This document shows positions 29,565 to 39,987 of a stretch of 64,000 bases of DNA, in pieces (the stretch's first letter is position 1; each line of letters opens with the position of its first letter). The translations under genes and the position numbers were made by a program. The DNA lies in the IMG/VR virus record IMGVR_UViG_3300029305_011823; one strand, written 5' to 3'. A model generated the notes under the pieces. The model was not told the origin of the DNA and did no database searches. It worked only from the letters and a program-made list of their open reading frames with translations. The stretch comes from a virus. Its lineage: Duplodnaviria; Caudoviricetes.

Positions 29565-30275
29565 TTATTTTGATTTAACATTGTTCATTGCAAACTCGTC
29601 ATCTTCATCTTTTAATCTTTGTGCTTCAACTTGTAAATCATTATATAAAGCTTCTATTGTCTTTTGTGTAAACTCTGATATCTCTATAGATTCAAATCTT
29701 CCTGTATCATCTAATAATATTGAGAATTGATCAAATACTACTAAGGTATCATCTGATACTGAATTAACTTTAATGAATGATATCATTTCATTAAAGAATA
29801 CTTCTGCTATCTTAAATATGATTTGATAATTTTCTGTTACTAGATTATGTCTATCTGCTAAATAATGAGTTGCTCTCATTGATATAGCTTCCAATAATTT
29901 TATGTTAACATCTTCTATAGAGTTCATTGCTTCTTCTACATCTTCTTCTGGCATTTCTAATTCTAATCTTCTTATCGCCATTCTACCTAAACTCATTATT
30001 GTTAATAATTCTGGTTTCTCTTCACCTGGAATTACTTCATTTATGATTCTAACCATTTCAAATAGATTAAGCTCACTTCTTACATTATTAATACCTAACA
30101 TTTGTAATGATTCATATATTGCTGCGTCTATAAAACAGTTTACCATTGCTGGAACTACTACTTCTTGACTTATTATGATTTTATATTCTCTTTCTAATGT
30201 TTTGATTGTAGCGTCTACAATTTTGCTTATCTCCTTTTCAGATCCTAAAAATTGTAAAGATATAAATTTACTCAT
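29565..30275 (-). CDS. hypothetical protein, paralog of 28267-29028
   Basis: KTLEREYKI...VVPAMV...LNLFEMV aligns with IRLSYEYGI...VIPALA...INLFDLV. Confidence 0.65.
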   Translation of the reverse strand: MSKFISLQFLGSEKEISKIVDATIKTLEREYKIIISQEVVVPAMVNCFIDAAIYESLQMLGINNVRSELNLFEMVRIINEVIPGEEKPELLTIMSLGRMAIRRLELEMPEEDVEEAMNSIEDVNIKLLEAISMRATHYLADRHNLVTENYQIIFKIAEVFFNEMISFIKVNSVSDDTLVVFDQFSILLDDTGRFESIEISEFTQKTIEALYNDLQVEAQRLKDEDDEFAMNNVKSK

Positions 30276-30317
30276 ATATAATTACCTCCAATTATTTTAT
30301 TATTTTTACTTCACAAT

Positions 30318-30351
30318 TATAATATATAATTGAAATGTTACCTTTTTACAG
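30318..30351 (-). promoter_or_regulatory. early-type promoter motif
   Basis: CTGTAAAAAGGTAACATTTCAATTATATATTATA, upstream of the gene run ending in RNAP beta-N. Confidence 0.7.
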
Positions 30352-30402
30352 TCTGTTAAAAATAGACATCTATTGCTAGATGTCTATTCATTTTTTTATT
30401 AT

Positions 30403-30759
30403 TTATTTTCCTAATCTGAATAATTCATAATCGTATTTCACTACAACTTCATTTAGTTTCATAAATCCAACAAATTTTTTATTTTTATCTTTATATGGTT
30501 TTACTAATGGAACTTCTTTACATCTTTTCTTCATGTTTCTTAATAACAATGGTGAAGATTGAGAAGTTAACACCATATCATATTTCTCAACATTTTCAGG
30601 TACTGCAAATGCTAATGGTTTATTAACCAAATTAATTATTGTATGTTCAAATTCTTCTTCTGGAACTCCCATAATTTTCTTTAATATATTCCATTGAAAA
30701 TCTTTAATTTCTACTTTACCTATCACTAAAACAGTTTTTGTTATTTTTTGTCCATTCAT
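30403..30759 (-). CDS. hypothetical protein
   Basis: 118 aa with RBS; late promoter at 30785-30796. Confidence 0.75.
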   Translation of the reverse strand: MNGQKITKTVLVIGKVEIKDFQWNILKKIMGVPEEEFEHTIINLVNKPLAFAVPENVEKYDMVLTSQSSPLLLRNMKKRCKEVPLVKPYKDKNKKFVGFMKLNEVVVKYDYELFRLGK

Positions 30760-30814
30760 AACATTACCTCCTATAATTTTAATCTACATATTTGTTATAC
30801 CGTAATTAAAATTT

Positions 30815-31422
30815 AATAAATTTGACGAATGAAGGGTATTACTCACCCTTTACATATTCTAAGGTAAGAATATGCTGACCACTTATAATGATAAACCTTG
30901 ATGTCAATACTAAGTAGTCTCAGGTAAGTAATACCAGTTCAAATTTATGTACTGCTCCGACAAGGGAGCTAAAAAATCTAATTAATCACGGTTGGATTCA
31001 CATCAAGCAAAAACCTGACTACCCTTCCGTCCATCTAAAATCTTAATTGTATAGTCTTTATTTGTTTATCATTAAGTCACATACAGCCGCTACTTCGTAT
31101 TGTCGGTCGACTTCCAAAATCATGTTCCTGCAAATGCGTACTTATGATTCGTACTTACGACCAGACATAACTTTTCGTCAGTCACTTATATGAAGAACCG
31201 ATAAAAAAATAAAAGACAAATTAAGACTGAAGAATATGTTTCACCCCAAGATTTATAAAAAATAAATCTATTGACCTCCGTTCACATGCAAAACCGATGC
31301 GTACTAATCCGTATCACTGGAATTAACAGTTTACGTCGTTCTGGTTACGGTTAAGTAATTCTCATGTTACTAAGAGCCCCAATAATTTATTTATTGGGGC
31401 TAAAATTCTTCAAACATTTATT
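30815..31422 (-). ncRNA. large structured non-coding RNA (~610 nt), ROOL-like candidate
   Basis: ORF-free and GC-richer than its flanks. Starts at the +1 of an AACA-N6-TA promoter, 5' and 3' ends pair, and it has many local and long-range helices. Confidence 0.7.
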
Positions 31423-31433
31423 ACATTATTGTT
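31422..31433 (-). promoter_or_regulatory. AR9-type late promoter for the ncRNA
   Basis: AACAATAATGTA. Confidence 0.7.
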
Positions 31434-31436
31434 GTT

Positions 31437-33521
31437 CTATTTTAAATTTAATTTAGCTTGTTCTAAACTCATTACGCATATTCCATATTTTTTGGCTTTT
31501 GTTATTTTACTTGATGTTACATCTAAATTTGGTACTATAAGATAATTTGTAGTTTTAGTTAATGAATCAACTACTTCATATCCATTAGCTATTAATTCTG
31601 ATTCAAATTTAGGATCTCTTATTTGTGAGAAACATACTTTTCCTTTTAGTTTTCCTGGTGCTACTTTTTCTTTTAATTGTATTTGGTCTAATAGGAAATA
31701 TATTGTACTTAATTTATTCACTACACCATATTGAACTCTACTTGCTGTTTTCTCACCAAATCCTGATAATCCCATTAAGTTTACAACCAACATTTGATCT
31801 TTTGCTAATCTTAATAATGTTTCTAAATCCATTACTGATAGAATTTTCTTAAACATTCTAACACCTATTGATTGAATTCCTAATGAACCTAATAACTCAT
31901 AATCAAATACCACTTTACGTTTATTGATTCCATCAATCATATTTTCATATGATTTTTCTCCAAATCCTGGTAATGATACTATTTTAGATTTATGTTCTTC
32001 TAATTTATATAATGATTCTATACCTGTTATTATTCCTTGATCGAATAATGTTGAAACTGTTTCTATATTAAGATTTTCTATTCTCATTTTATTTATATAA
32101 TTTACAACATTACCTATTATTCTAGAAGGACATTCTTCATTAACACATTTTAATAAAGGATCTTCTATTAACAAACTACCACAATGTTTACAATGAGTTG
32201 GGACATAGAAACGTTTTCCTGTTTCATTTATTTTACATGTATGGTCTAAATCCATATACGGAATTATTTCATATCTTACTATTATTTCACTTCCTGATGT
32301 AAGATGGTCCATACTTCTAAATCTATCTATAGAACCCATTGATATTGAACTTATAGTTTTACCTAACATTACTACTGGTTCTATTTTAGCTACTGGAGTT
32401 ACATTACCTCCTAATCCGTATGAGAAATCTATATCTAATAAGATTGCTTTAGTTGCTTCTGCTGGGAATTTATATGCAACCTCATATCTATTTATTGCTC
32501 CATCTCTACCTAACTTTTCTTGAAGTTTCTTGTTTGTTAAATGTAACACAACTCCATCAGTTACTTTACCATCAGCTTTTGCATGTTCGTTTATTTCCTT
32601 AATACATTCTCTTATATTTCTTAAATCAAATAGATTTGAAATCATATCATAATTTTCATTAGGAATTATCTCAGGTTGTTTACCAACATATTGAATTCTT
32701 AATGGTTCTACTGTAAGATATTTTGTTAACTTTGGTTGTAACACTTTTTCATTTAATATTGAAGATGTCGCAGATCTTGGTGATTTAAAATCTTTATATT
32801 CTACAATAATTTTCTCATAATCTGCTTGGTTCATAAGAACTTCTGTTTGAACTGCAAACTTATCTTTACCATTTGCAAATATTTGGAAATCTACAAAATC
32901 TTCAAATAATTTAACTATATCAACTGCTAGATTCTTTTCTGTATCCCCTCTCATTAATACATGTTCAACATTACCATTTTCATCACATTCAAATACTGCT
33001 GAACAACCATCCCATTTAGCTTGTAATCTTACTTCAAATTCTTCTGTGTTATTTATTCCTCTTCCTAATATATTTTCTATAGTTGTTATCCAATCTTCTA
33101 TACTTCTTCTTTTGTCTCCTTCTTTATCAACATTGAATACAAAATGAACTTTATTTAAAGTTCCTCTTAAATCTGGATAACGATGTTCTCTTACAGGTTT
33201 ACCTTGACTATTCACGGAACCTACAATATCTCCTAATCCTGCATCTAACATTATTTGATATAATTTATCATAAGTTGAATCTGATACTGGTGGAACAATG
33301 TCTGTGTTATTATAGATAAATTGTAATATCTCTACCAGTTTTCTACATGTGAATAAATCCATATCATCCATTTCTTTTGTACTATTAAAATATTCTACAA
33401 TTCCTTCAAAGTTTATCCCTTTTAACATTTCAACTATTTCATTTATAACATCACTATCCATTTTTAATAATTCTTTATGGATTGTATCTAATTGATGATA
33501 TATAGATATTTTCTTACTCAT
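31437..33521 (-). CDS. ligA: NAD-dependent DNA ligase
   Basis: AKWDG adenylation motif, RGD, DGVV, VAYKF, OB fold, C4 zinc finger, HhH repeats, BRCT. Confidence 0.92.
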   Translation of the reverse strand: MSKKISIYHQLDTIHKELLKMDSDVINEIVEMLKGINFEGIVEYFNSTKEMDDMDLFTCRKLVEILQFIYNNTDIVPPVSDSTYDKLYQIMLDAGLGDIVGSVNSQGKPVREHRYPDLRGTLNKVHFVFNVDKEGDKRRSIEDWITTIENILGRGINNTEEFEVRLQAKWDGCSAVFECDENGNVEHVLMRGDTEKNLAVDIVKLFEDFVDFQIFANGKDKFAVQTEVLMNQADYEKIIVEYKDFKSPRSATSSILNEKVLQPKLTKYLTVEPLRIQYVGKQPEIIPNENYDMISNLFDLRNIRECIKEINEHAKADGKVTDGVVLHLTNKKLQEKLGRDGAINRYEVAYKFPAEATKAILLDIDFSYGLGGNVTPVAKIEPVVMLGKTISSISMGSIDRFRSMDHLTSGSEIIVRYEIIPYMDLDHTCKINETGKRFYVPTHCKHCGSLLIEDPLLKCVNEECPSRIIGNVVNYINKMRIENLNIETVSTLFDQGIITGIESLYKLEEHKSKIVSLPGFGEKSYENMIDGINKRKVVFDYELLGSLGIQSIGVRMFKKILSVMDLETLLRLAKDQMLVVNLMGLSGFGEKTASRVQYGVVNKLSTIYFLLDQIQLKEKVAPGKLKGKVCFSQIRDPKFESELIANGYEVVDSLTKTTNYLIVPNLDVTSSKITKAKKYGICVMSLEQAKLNLK

Positions 33522-33591
33522 AATGTTACCTCCTAATTTTTAATTTATAATTAATTGTCACAGCCAAAATAAAAAGATAAGAGCTAAGCTC

Positions 33592-34293
33592 TTATCTTAA
33601 TCCTGCAAATAATGCTTTTAAATTTAAAGTTCCATTTTCATTTACACTTGTTCTAACAACATTCCAAGTTTTAAATGCATCAAATTCTTCTTCTTTAACT
33701 TCTGGTTGTTTTTCTTCTATAACTTCTTCTTGTTTAGGTTCTTCTGTTACTTTTGGTTCTTCTTGTTTAGGTTCTTCTTCATGATTAAATTCATTATTAT
33801 TAAGATTTAAATGTTCTGTTACATCATACTTACTTCCATTAACTTCTAAATCTTTTATTGTTTTACTTACAGCTTTAACACCTTCTTCTGGTAATGGAGC
33901 TTTTGCAAATGCTAATGCTTGTTCTACTGTATGAGGTATTAATAATCTTCTTACTATATAAGGTCTAACTGATTTTTCTTTAACGTTCATTACAGCTACT
34001 GTCATAGTTTCTGGATTTAAATTTAATAAATCATATTCTTTATGACCTCTGAATGTTAATTCTATAACTGCAGCAAATTTACTAAATCTATAAACTTTAT
34101 TAACTTCTAATCCATCTATTATGTCATAGTTTAATAATTTGTAAACTTTTATCCAGTTTTCAAATTTTCTAGCTTCTTTAAGAGTTAATCCTTTTATAGA
34201 TTCATGAAATTTAACTAATTCTTGTTCCATTAAATCATCACAATCAACTATTAATTCCTCATTATCTTTTAATACTAATTCAAATTTTTTCAT
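33592..34293 (-). CDS. hypothetical protein with EEPKQEE low-complexity linker
   Basis: ORF downstream of an early motif at 34335-34367. Confidence 0.75.
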   Translation of the reverse strand: MKKFELVLKDNEELIVDCDDLMEQELVKFHESIKGLTLKEARKFENWIKVYKLLNYDIIDGLEVNKVYRFSKFAAVIELTFRGHKEYDLLNLNPETMTVAVMNVKEKSVRPYIVRRLLIPHTVEQALAFAKAPLPEEGVKAVSKTIKDLEVNGSKYDVTEHLNLNNNEFNHEEEPKQEEPKVTEEPKQEEVIEEKQPEVKEEEFDAFKTWNVVRTSVNENGTLNLKALFAGLR

Positions 34294-34399
34294 AATTACT
34301 ACCTCCAAATATAATTTTTATTGTACTTCACTATTATAATATGGTATTGAAATTTCACGTTTTACACATCTGGAACATATAAATTAGAGCTATGAGGAT

Positions 34400-34957
34400 T
34401 TATTCCTCATAGCTCATCATGTTCAAACAGTTTAAAACTCTATCTAATATACTATCATAGTTATTTGTATTTACCACACCGTATGATTGTCTAGACATTA
34501 CTAATTCTTTTAAAGTTAAGTTATCTATTTCTTTAGATTGTTCTAAATCTTGTAATCTTCCTTCAGTTTTGTATTCGATTCCTTCTCTATTTAACATTAT
34601 GTTTAAATTATTAAATTTATTAAATGCTGTTCTAACTAATCTTTTTAAATCACTTCTAAATTCATCATCAGGTAAATATAATGAGGCATAAATATTAGTT
34701 AATAATATCGGTCTATCTGTAATAACTATATCAACTTTATCAATAACTCTAAATAATCTATGATGCTGTTTTGCGAAGATATATAATTCATCTTTCATGG
34801 TTTCTTGTCTTTGTTCATAAACTAAATCCTTAGCAAATTCAGAAACCATTTCAACATTATATCCTCTTGTTTTTAAATCAGCGAATAATCTAGCCATTGT
34901 AGTTGATTTACCACATCCTGGACCACCGAATAAATTTATAACTAATGCTTCTTTCAT
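34400..34957 (-). CDS. P-loop NTPase/kinase (NadR/AAA_28-like)
   Basis: INLFGGPGCGKST, VSEFAK, ITDRP, GRLQ. Confidence 0.8.
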   Translation of the reverse strand: MKEALVINLFGGPGCGKSTTMARLFADLKTRGYNVEMVSEFAKDLVYEQRQETMKDELYIFAKQHHRLFRVIDKVDIVITDRPILLTNIYASLYLPDDEFRSDLKRLVRTAFNKFNNLNIMLNREGIEYKTEGRLQDLEQSKEIDNLTLKELVMSRQSYGVVNTNNYDSILDRVLNCLNMMSYEE

Positions 34958-35031
34958 AATTATTTACCTCCTTTAATTTTATGATACATTATTGTTATAC
35001 CGTCTATAAAAAATGAACTATAGGATTTCTC

Positions 35032-37317
35032 CTATAGTTCAAAAGTTGTTTCTGATGCTTCTTTCATAAACTTGTCAAACAATTCTTTTTTCTTTTCTTC
35101 AAATTCTTCCATTGTTCCTATGAATATCTCTTCTTCAAAATGTTTCTCAACTTTATAATTGATTAGAAGTTCTTTATACTTCTCATCTGTAACTAAAACT
35201 TTCTCACCATCAGGTAATGTTCTTTCGTGTAAATCGTTGTCTATACAATCAAAGATAATTTCTTTAATTGTTTCAGATTGTTGTAATTTATATCCCATTG
35301 TTTTAAGATATGCATTAAATACTTCAATGTTTCTATTGATAACTTTATCATCATCTCTTAATTTATCAATCATACCTTGTTTTAATAATTGAACAGGTAG
35401 ATCATGAGTTCCTTCAATTGAGTTTCTATAACTCATACTCATCTTAGCTAGGTCATATGGATCCATTCCTATTAATAAGTTTAGAACCTCATCAAGACCT
35501 AATCTACAAGGAGTTTTACTATATAAGATTTTATTCTCTTTAGCTTGTGCATCTTTAACAGGAACCCCTATTAAATTCACTCCACCAACAGATCTTGTAC
35601 TTAAACCTTTAGATGCTGTTTGTTTTAATCTTATGATATACATTTCTCCTACTACTAAGTTATTCATAATTGGTCTATATCTTCCATTCTTTTTAATGAA
35701 TGCTTTATATGGAGTTAACCAATCATACTTTTGATAAATTTCTGTGATAACATCAAACAATGGTCTTTCATGCCAGAATGGTGGAATGTGTACATATATT
35801 CCATTCTTATAAACATCTTGAATGAAATCTTGTCTTCCATCCTTATCTAATTTAGCATACATCTCTCCCATTTCTTTTGCTTGTCTTGTATTAAAATGAC
35901 TTATCATTGTAAATATTACACTTGCTCTTTGATCATCAGTTTCTAATGTTTTAATTCTATCTATAGTTCTATTCATTATAAAGTTTATTGACTGTTCAAA
36001 TAATTGGAATGAATTAAGACGGTTGATAACACCTAAGCAGTTAAATAATACATCTACAACTTTTCCATTTTCTAATACTGGCATTTCATCATCTGGAACT
36101 ATCTTAGATATAACACCTTTATTACCAAATAACCCTGTTATCTTACTTCCTTCTTTTAATGGAACTTCTCTTTCAACTGTGAATTCTATTATGATATTAC
36201 TAAATGGTTTCTTTCCTTGTTGCTCACTCCATTTAACATTTTCATTTAGAATATCTTTACTTTTCTTATACATATAGTTGAAGTTTCTACTATGCTCTTT
36301 ATTATCCATTACTATATCTTGAGTTGCTTCAATCATTTCTTGATAATATCTTTGTTCATTTTTGAAATACTTATTAACTTGCTCATGATATTCATTTAAT
36401 CCCATTTCTTCTAACGTTTTATTAGAATATACTCTAATGTCTATTATCTTACCTCCATATCCATGTTCTATACATAGAACATCTTCTCCAAAGTTTATCT
36501 TTCTTAAATTTGTTTCTTTAAAATCGTAAAAGATTTGTTCATTGTTTATCCTTCTAGTTGCACATATTATTGCGTCATTTATATATTCTCCAACATCTGG
36601 AAAACATTTATAATTATTCTCATCACCATAAAGATTTAATAACACGTCGTTGTCATTTATTGACACTTTGATATTCTCAACTTCAACACATCTGAAACTA
36701 TCTGCAAATGATTCACTTACTAGAATAGCATCTTCTGTAGTTCTTACATCAGATGTATAACAGAATGTTGCATTAACTCCAAATCTATAATTGTTATATT
36801 CATCATATGAAGTTGATTTATATAATACTGAATCTTTTGGAATCAAATCTCCAACTTGATACTTATCTAATTCGTCTGTGTTATATCTGAATCCAAATTT
36901 TTCTGTTAAATCTTCTACTAATTTCTTTTGTATAACATCATAATATCCTGTAGCCTCATCTTTAACTACTAACGTATAAAGATGATTTCCTTCTTCAAAT
37001 TTATATATCTTATCAACTATTCTCCATTCTCTTTTAGCTTTTTGAATCCCTGTTGAATTCTTCCCTACCATGTTTTCATATTCTGTAAACACTTTAGGGA
37101 ATTGAGGATTGATTGGTGTCATAGCTTGTTTAAGATGTCCTGTTGTCATGATACCCCTGTTCCCAGAGATATAACCTATTCTTGTTAAAGCTGTCATACC
37201 AAAGATATCATCTTTACCGTAATACTTCTCTTCAAGTTCTTGAAGTTGTTCTTTTAAGAACGCATTATCACTATTAAATTTAACATTTACTTGTTCATTT
37301 TTCTTTTCTCTAGCCAT
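35032..37317 (-). CDS. multisubunit RNA polymerase beta C-terminal subunit (non-virion RNAP)
   Basis: EDAILVS, GSKITGLFGNKGVIS, VDVLFNCLGVINRLN, VGEMYIIRLKQ, RLGLDE; start set after GGAGG. Confidence 0.92.
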   Translation of the reverse strand: MAREKKNEQVNVKFNSDNAFLKEQLQELEEKYYGKDDIFGMTALTRIGYISGNRGIMTTGHLKQAMTPINPQFPKVFTEYENMVGKNSTGIQKAKREWRIVDKIYKFEEGNHLYTLVVKDEATGYYDVIQKKLVEDLTEKFGFRYNTDELDKYQVGDLIPKDSVLYKSTSYDEYNNYRFGVNATFCYTSDVRTTEDAILVSESFADSFRCVEVENIKVSINDNDVLLNLYGDENNYKCFPDVGEYINDAIICATRRINNEQIFYDFKETNLRKINFGEDVLCIEHGYGGKIIDIRVYSNKTLEEMGLNEYHEQVNKYFKNEQRYYQEMIEATQDIVMDNKEHSRNFNYMYKKSKDILNENVKWSEQQGKKPFSNIIIEFTVEREVPLKEGSKITGLFGNKGVISKIVPDDEMPVLENGKVVDVLFNCLGVINRLNSFQLFEQSINFIMNRTIDRIKTLETDDQRASVIFTMISHFNTRQAKEMGEMYAKLDKDGRQDFIQDVYKNGIYVHIPPFWHERPLFDVITEIYQKYDWLTPYKAFIKKNGRYRPIMNNLVVGEMYIIRLKQTASKGLSTRSVGGVNLIGVPVKDAQAKENKILYSKTPCRLGLDEVLNLLIGMDPYDLAKMSMSYRNSIEGTHDLPVQLLKQGMIDKLRDDDKVINRNIEVFNAYLKTMGYKLQQSETIKEIIFDCIDNDLHERTLPDGEKVLVTDEKYKELLINYKVEKHFEEEIFIGTMEEFEEKKKELFDKFMKEASETTFEL

Positions 37318-37330
37318 ATACATTACCTCC

Positions 37331-37480
37331 CTAATAATTATAAATTTTTCCACAATTTTCACATTTGTAATATGATATGAATCTACATCTACCTTCTTCA
37401 TTAGAAATTTCTTCAATTTCTTCTAATTGACTTTCACATTCTTCACAACAAAGATAAACTGATTGATCCATATCTATCAT
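37331..37480 (-). CDS. small C4 zinc-ribbon protein (not in ORF track)
   Basis: MIDMDQSVYLCCEECESQLEEIEEISNEEGRCRFISYYKCENCGKIYNY, 49 aa, GAGGAGG RBS, fills the intergenic gap exactly. Confidence 0.8.
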   Translation of the reverse strand: MIDMDQSVYLCCEECESQLEEIEEISNEEGRCRFISYYKCENCGKIYNY

Positions 37481-37481
37481 A

Positions 37482-37829
37482 TTAAGCCTCCTCGATTTCT
37501 AATTCAAATACTGTAAATATATAATCATCTGGATCTGGATAAGTTATTGCTCCTAACGCTTCCCAATCTTTTGGATCTCCACAATAGCATCCTACTGGTC
37601 CTGCTAAACCTGTTAATTTCTTTCCTGGGAACATAGATTTTAATATATTAACAGCTCCTTCAAAAAGTTTGAAATCTCTAAGATGATAAGCAATTGATAA
37701 TACTCTAACATATACTTCATCGCCTTCTTCTATATAATCAACTGCACCAATTTCTTCACCATCTAATAATATGCTATATACTTCCCCAAGCCATTCATCG
37801 TAATATCTTTCTCCAAATTTTATATTCAT
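37482..37829 (-). CDS. GNAT-family acetyltransferase (divergent paralog 3)
   Basis: IGAVDY..EGDEVYVRVLSI...; WEALGA; aligns with its two neighbours. Confidence 0.6.
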   Translation of the reverse strand: MNIKFGERYYDEWLGEVYSILLDGEEIGAVDYIEEGDEVYVRVLSIAYHLRDFKLFEGAVNILKSMFPGKKLTGLAGPVGCYCGDPKDWEALGAITYPDPDDYIFTVFELEIEEA

Positions 37830-37841
37830 ACACACAACCTC

Positions 37842-38156
37842 CTAATAATTTTTTAATATAAATGGTGTTAATATTACATCATCATTATCAAATGCGTCAT
37901 AGAATTGTACATTCATTGATTTCCAAAACTCAATTGCTTCTGGTAATGCGTCACCAGTTATTGGTACATTTTCTTTCTTTAATTCATTAATAACTCTTGT
38001 AGCTATACCCATACGCCTATATTCTTTATGAATCTTTATATACTTTATCTCTATCTCATCTCCATAATCTATATATTCTAATACACCAACTACGTCGTCA
38101 TTCAAATAAATATAATACCTATCTTTAACTGTATTGGTTAATATTAGTTTAATCAT
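37842..38156 (-). CDS. GNAT-family acetyltransferase (paralog 2)
   Basis: IKIHKEYRRMGIAT (motif A), AIEFWKSM. Confidence 0.85.
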   Translation of the reverse strand: MIKLILTNTVKDRYYIYLNDDVVGVLEYIDYGDEIEIKYIKIHKEYRRMGIATRVINELKKENVPITGDALPEAIEFWKSMNVQFYDAFDNDDVILTPFILKNY

Positions 38157-38166
38157 ATACAACCTC

Positions 38167-38502
38167 CTAGAATTCTATTATAAATGGTGTACAATAATCA
38201 TCATCTGGATCTTCATAAAATTCTGCTCCCATGCTTTCCCAAAACTTAATAGCACCTGGTAATGAATCACCAGTTATATACTTACCTTTATGATTTTCTT
38301 TAAATCTGTTTATAACTTTAGAAGCTAAACCTTTTCTTCTATATTCATCACCTATCTTAATATAACAAATATGAATTTTCTCACCTCTTATATAATAATC
38401 TATTATACCTACAGGTGTATCGTTATAAGTTATAACTCTAGTTCCTGGAGTTGCTACTCCAAATAATTTTATAGCATTATCATCATATATTATATCTATC
38501 AT
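38167..38502 (-). CDS. GNAT-family acetyltransferase (paralog 1)
   Basis: IKIGDEYRRKGLAS, AIKFWESMGA. Confidence 0.85.
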   Translation of the reverse strand: MIDIIYDDNAIKLFGVATPGTRVITYNDTPVGIIDYYIRGEKIHICYIKIGDEYRRKGLASKVINRFKENHKGKYITGDSLPGAIKFWESMGAEFYEDPDDDYCTPFIIEF

Positions 38503-38534
38503 AACTCAACCTCCAAATTTATTTTATTCACAAA

Positions 38535-38568
38535 TATAATATATAATTGAAATAATACCTTTTTACAC
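38535..38568 (-). promoter_or_regulatory. early-type promoter motif
   Basis: GTGTAAAAAGGTATTATTTCAATTATATATTATA, upstream of the GNAT/Zn-ribbon/RNAP beta-C operon. Confidence 0.7.
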
Positions 38569-38599
38569 TATAAAAAGACGGATGAAATTAATCATCCGT

Positions 38600-39895
38600 C
38601 TAGTCTTCATTCACAAGTTTCATTAATGCGTCATTATTTATCCCCTCGTTATTTTCCATCATTTCTTTTTCTTCATCTTTATTAACTCTTGATAATAAAG
38701 CTTCTAAATGTGGATATACCCATTTATCAAATGCCGCTCTAACTTCTTCTCTATTCCGATATTCATTTACTATATCCTTTTCATTAAATTTAACACTATC
38801 ATCATCCCCAAGATATCTAGCTGCTACCCTAGCTCCATTTATTAATCCTAAATCTCTTGCATACTCTAATAATGATCTTTCCATACTAAATCCATGATCT
38901 TGATCATATATCATTGGAACTTTTGCTCCAGATATATTTGTTCTAGATTTTATTATCTCTGCATTTATTCTAAATCCTGAATATCCATCTTCTTCTACCG
39001 TACATTTAGAACTTCCCACTGCAACATGTTTTATTAATGTGTTAGCAAAATATATTGGAGCATTTCCTCCAGGCAAACTTTCATCTTGCTTTAGATATAA
39101 AACTTGTGCTTGTGATTTTGCAAATGGATTTATTTCTATCTTTTGATTTATATGGTTAATACTTATTATAGTTATATTAAACTCTTTTATTATAGGTATT
39201 AATCTACTAAAGAATTGCTTTAATGCTCTTGCAACCCTCATTGCATATGTTTGACCTTCTATTTCTTGGTCTTCAACATAATAATCTTCTTGACCTGAAC
39301 CTTTCTTAGCTTTAACTTTCTTTTGATCTGGTCTTGTAGCCAATACCGGTATCGAATCTATTATAAAGACAGTTGGTTCATATAATGTTATTGGTTGACC
39401 AAACTCATCTTTAAAATCAGTTGTATACTGATAAAGTTTTTTATTCTTTTGCTTTTCATTTGCTATATCCATAATCGTATCAAATATATCTTCAATATAT
39501 GAACGTGAAGATTTTAATACATAATGGTCCATATATTCTGCATTTGTTAATCCTGTTACATTCATAACCCTTGTTGGGTTTAATGCTTGTTCTAAATCAT
39601 AATGTAAAACGAAACTTGATTTATGATTTTTAACTATTTCAGCTCCCATTTTACATGCTATCGCTGTTTTAGCAGTTCCTGATTTTCCTATGATAGTTAT
39701 AAAACTACCACCAACTAAACCAAGACAATCATGTGTCCCAGTTACTGCTCCATTACTATCTTTAGATACTAATGTATATCCTAATTGATAATCTAATGTT
39801 GGTATCCCTGTTGGATAACATACCATTGCTGGTGATGCATTAAATAAACCTTCTTTATCATTCTCTCTTAACGCACTTAATAAAGGATTTGCCAT
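38600..39895 (-). CDS. uvsX: RecA/UvsX-like recombinase
   Basis: PTGIPTLD, GKSGTAKT, YDLE, IIDSI, INH, PGGNA, IKSR. Confidence 0.88.
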   Translation of the reverse strand: MANPLLSALRENDKEGLFNASPAMVCYPTGIPTLDYQLGYTLVSKDSNGAVTGTHDCLGLVGGSFITIIGKSGTAKTAIACKMGAEIVKNHKSSFVLHYDLEQALNPTRVMNVTGLTNAEYMDHYVLKSSRSYIEDIFDTIMDIANEKQKNKKLYQYTTDFKDEFGQPITLYEPTVFIIDSIPVLATRPDQKKVKAKKGSGQEDYYVEDQEIEGQTYAMRVARALKQFFSRLIPIIKEFNITIISINHINQKIEINPFAKSQAQVLYLKQDESLPGGNAPIYFANTLIKHVAVGSSKCTVEEDGYSGFRINAEIIKSRTNISGAKVPMIYDQDHGFSMERSLLEYARDLGLINGARVAARYLGDDDSVKFNEKDIVNEYRNREEVRAAFDKWVYPHLEALLSRVNKDEEKEMMENNEGINNDALMKLVNED

Positions 39896-39987
39896 AATTA
39901 ATTACCTCCTTATATTTTTTATTATAAATATAATTAGTTGTTATTAAACAAATAAAAAGTTAATAAGGATTATATCCTTATTAACAA

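Noticed and set aside
37318-37416. Upstream TTG start for RNAP beta-C
   Set aside because: Overlaps the zinc-ribbon ORF; GGAGG spacing supports the ATG at 37317
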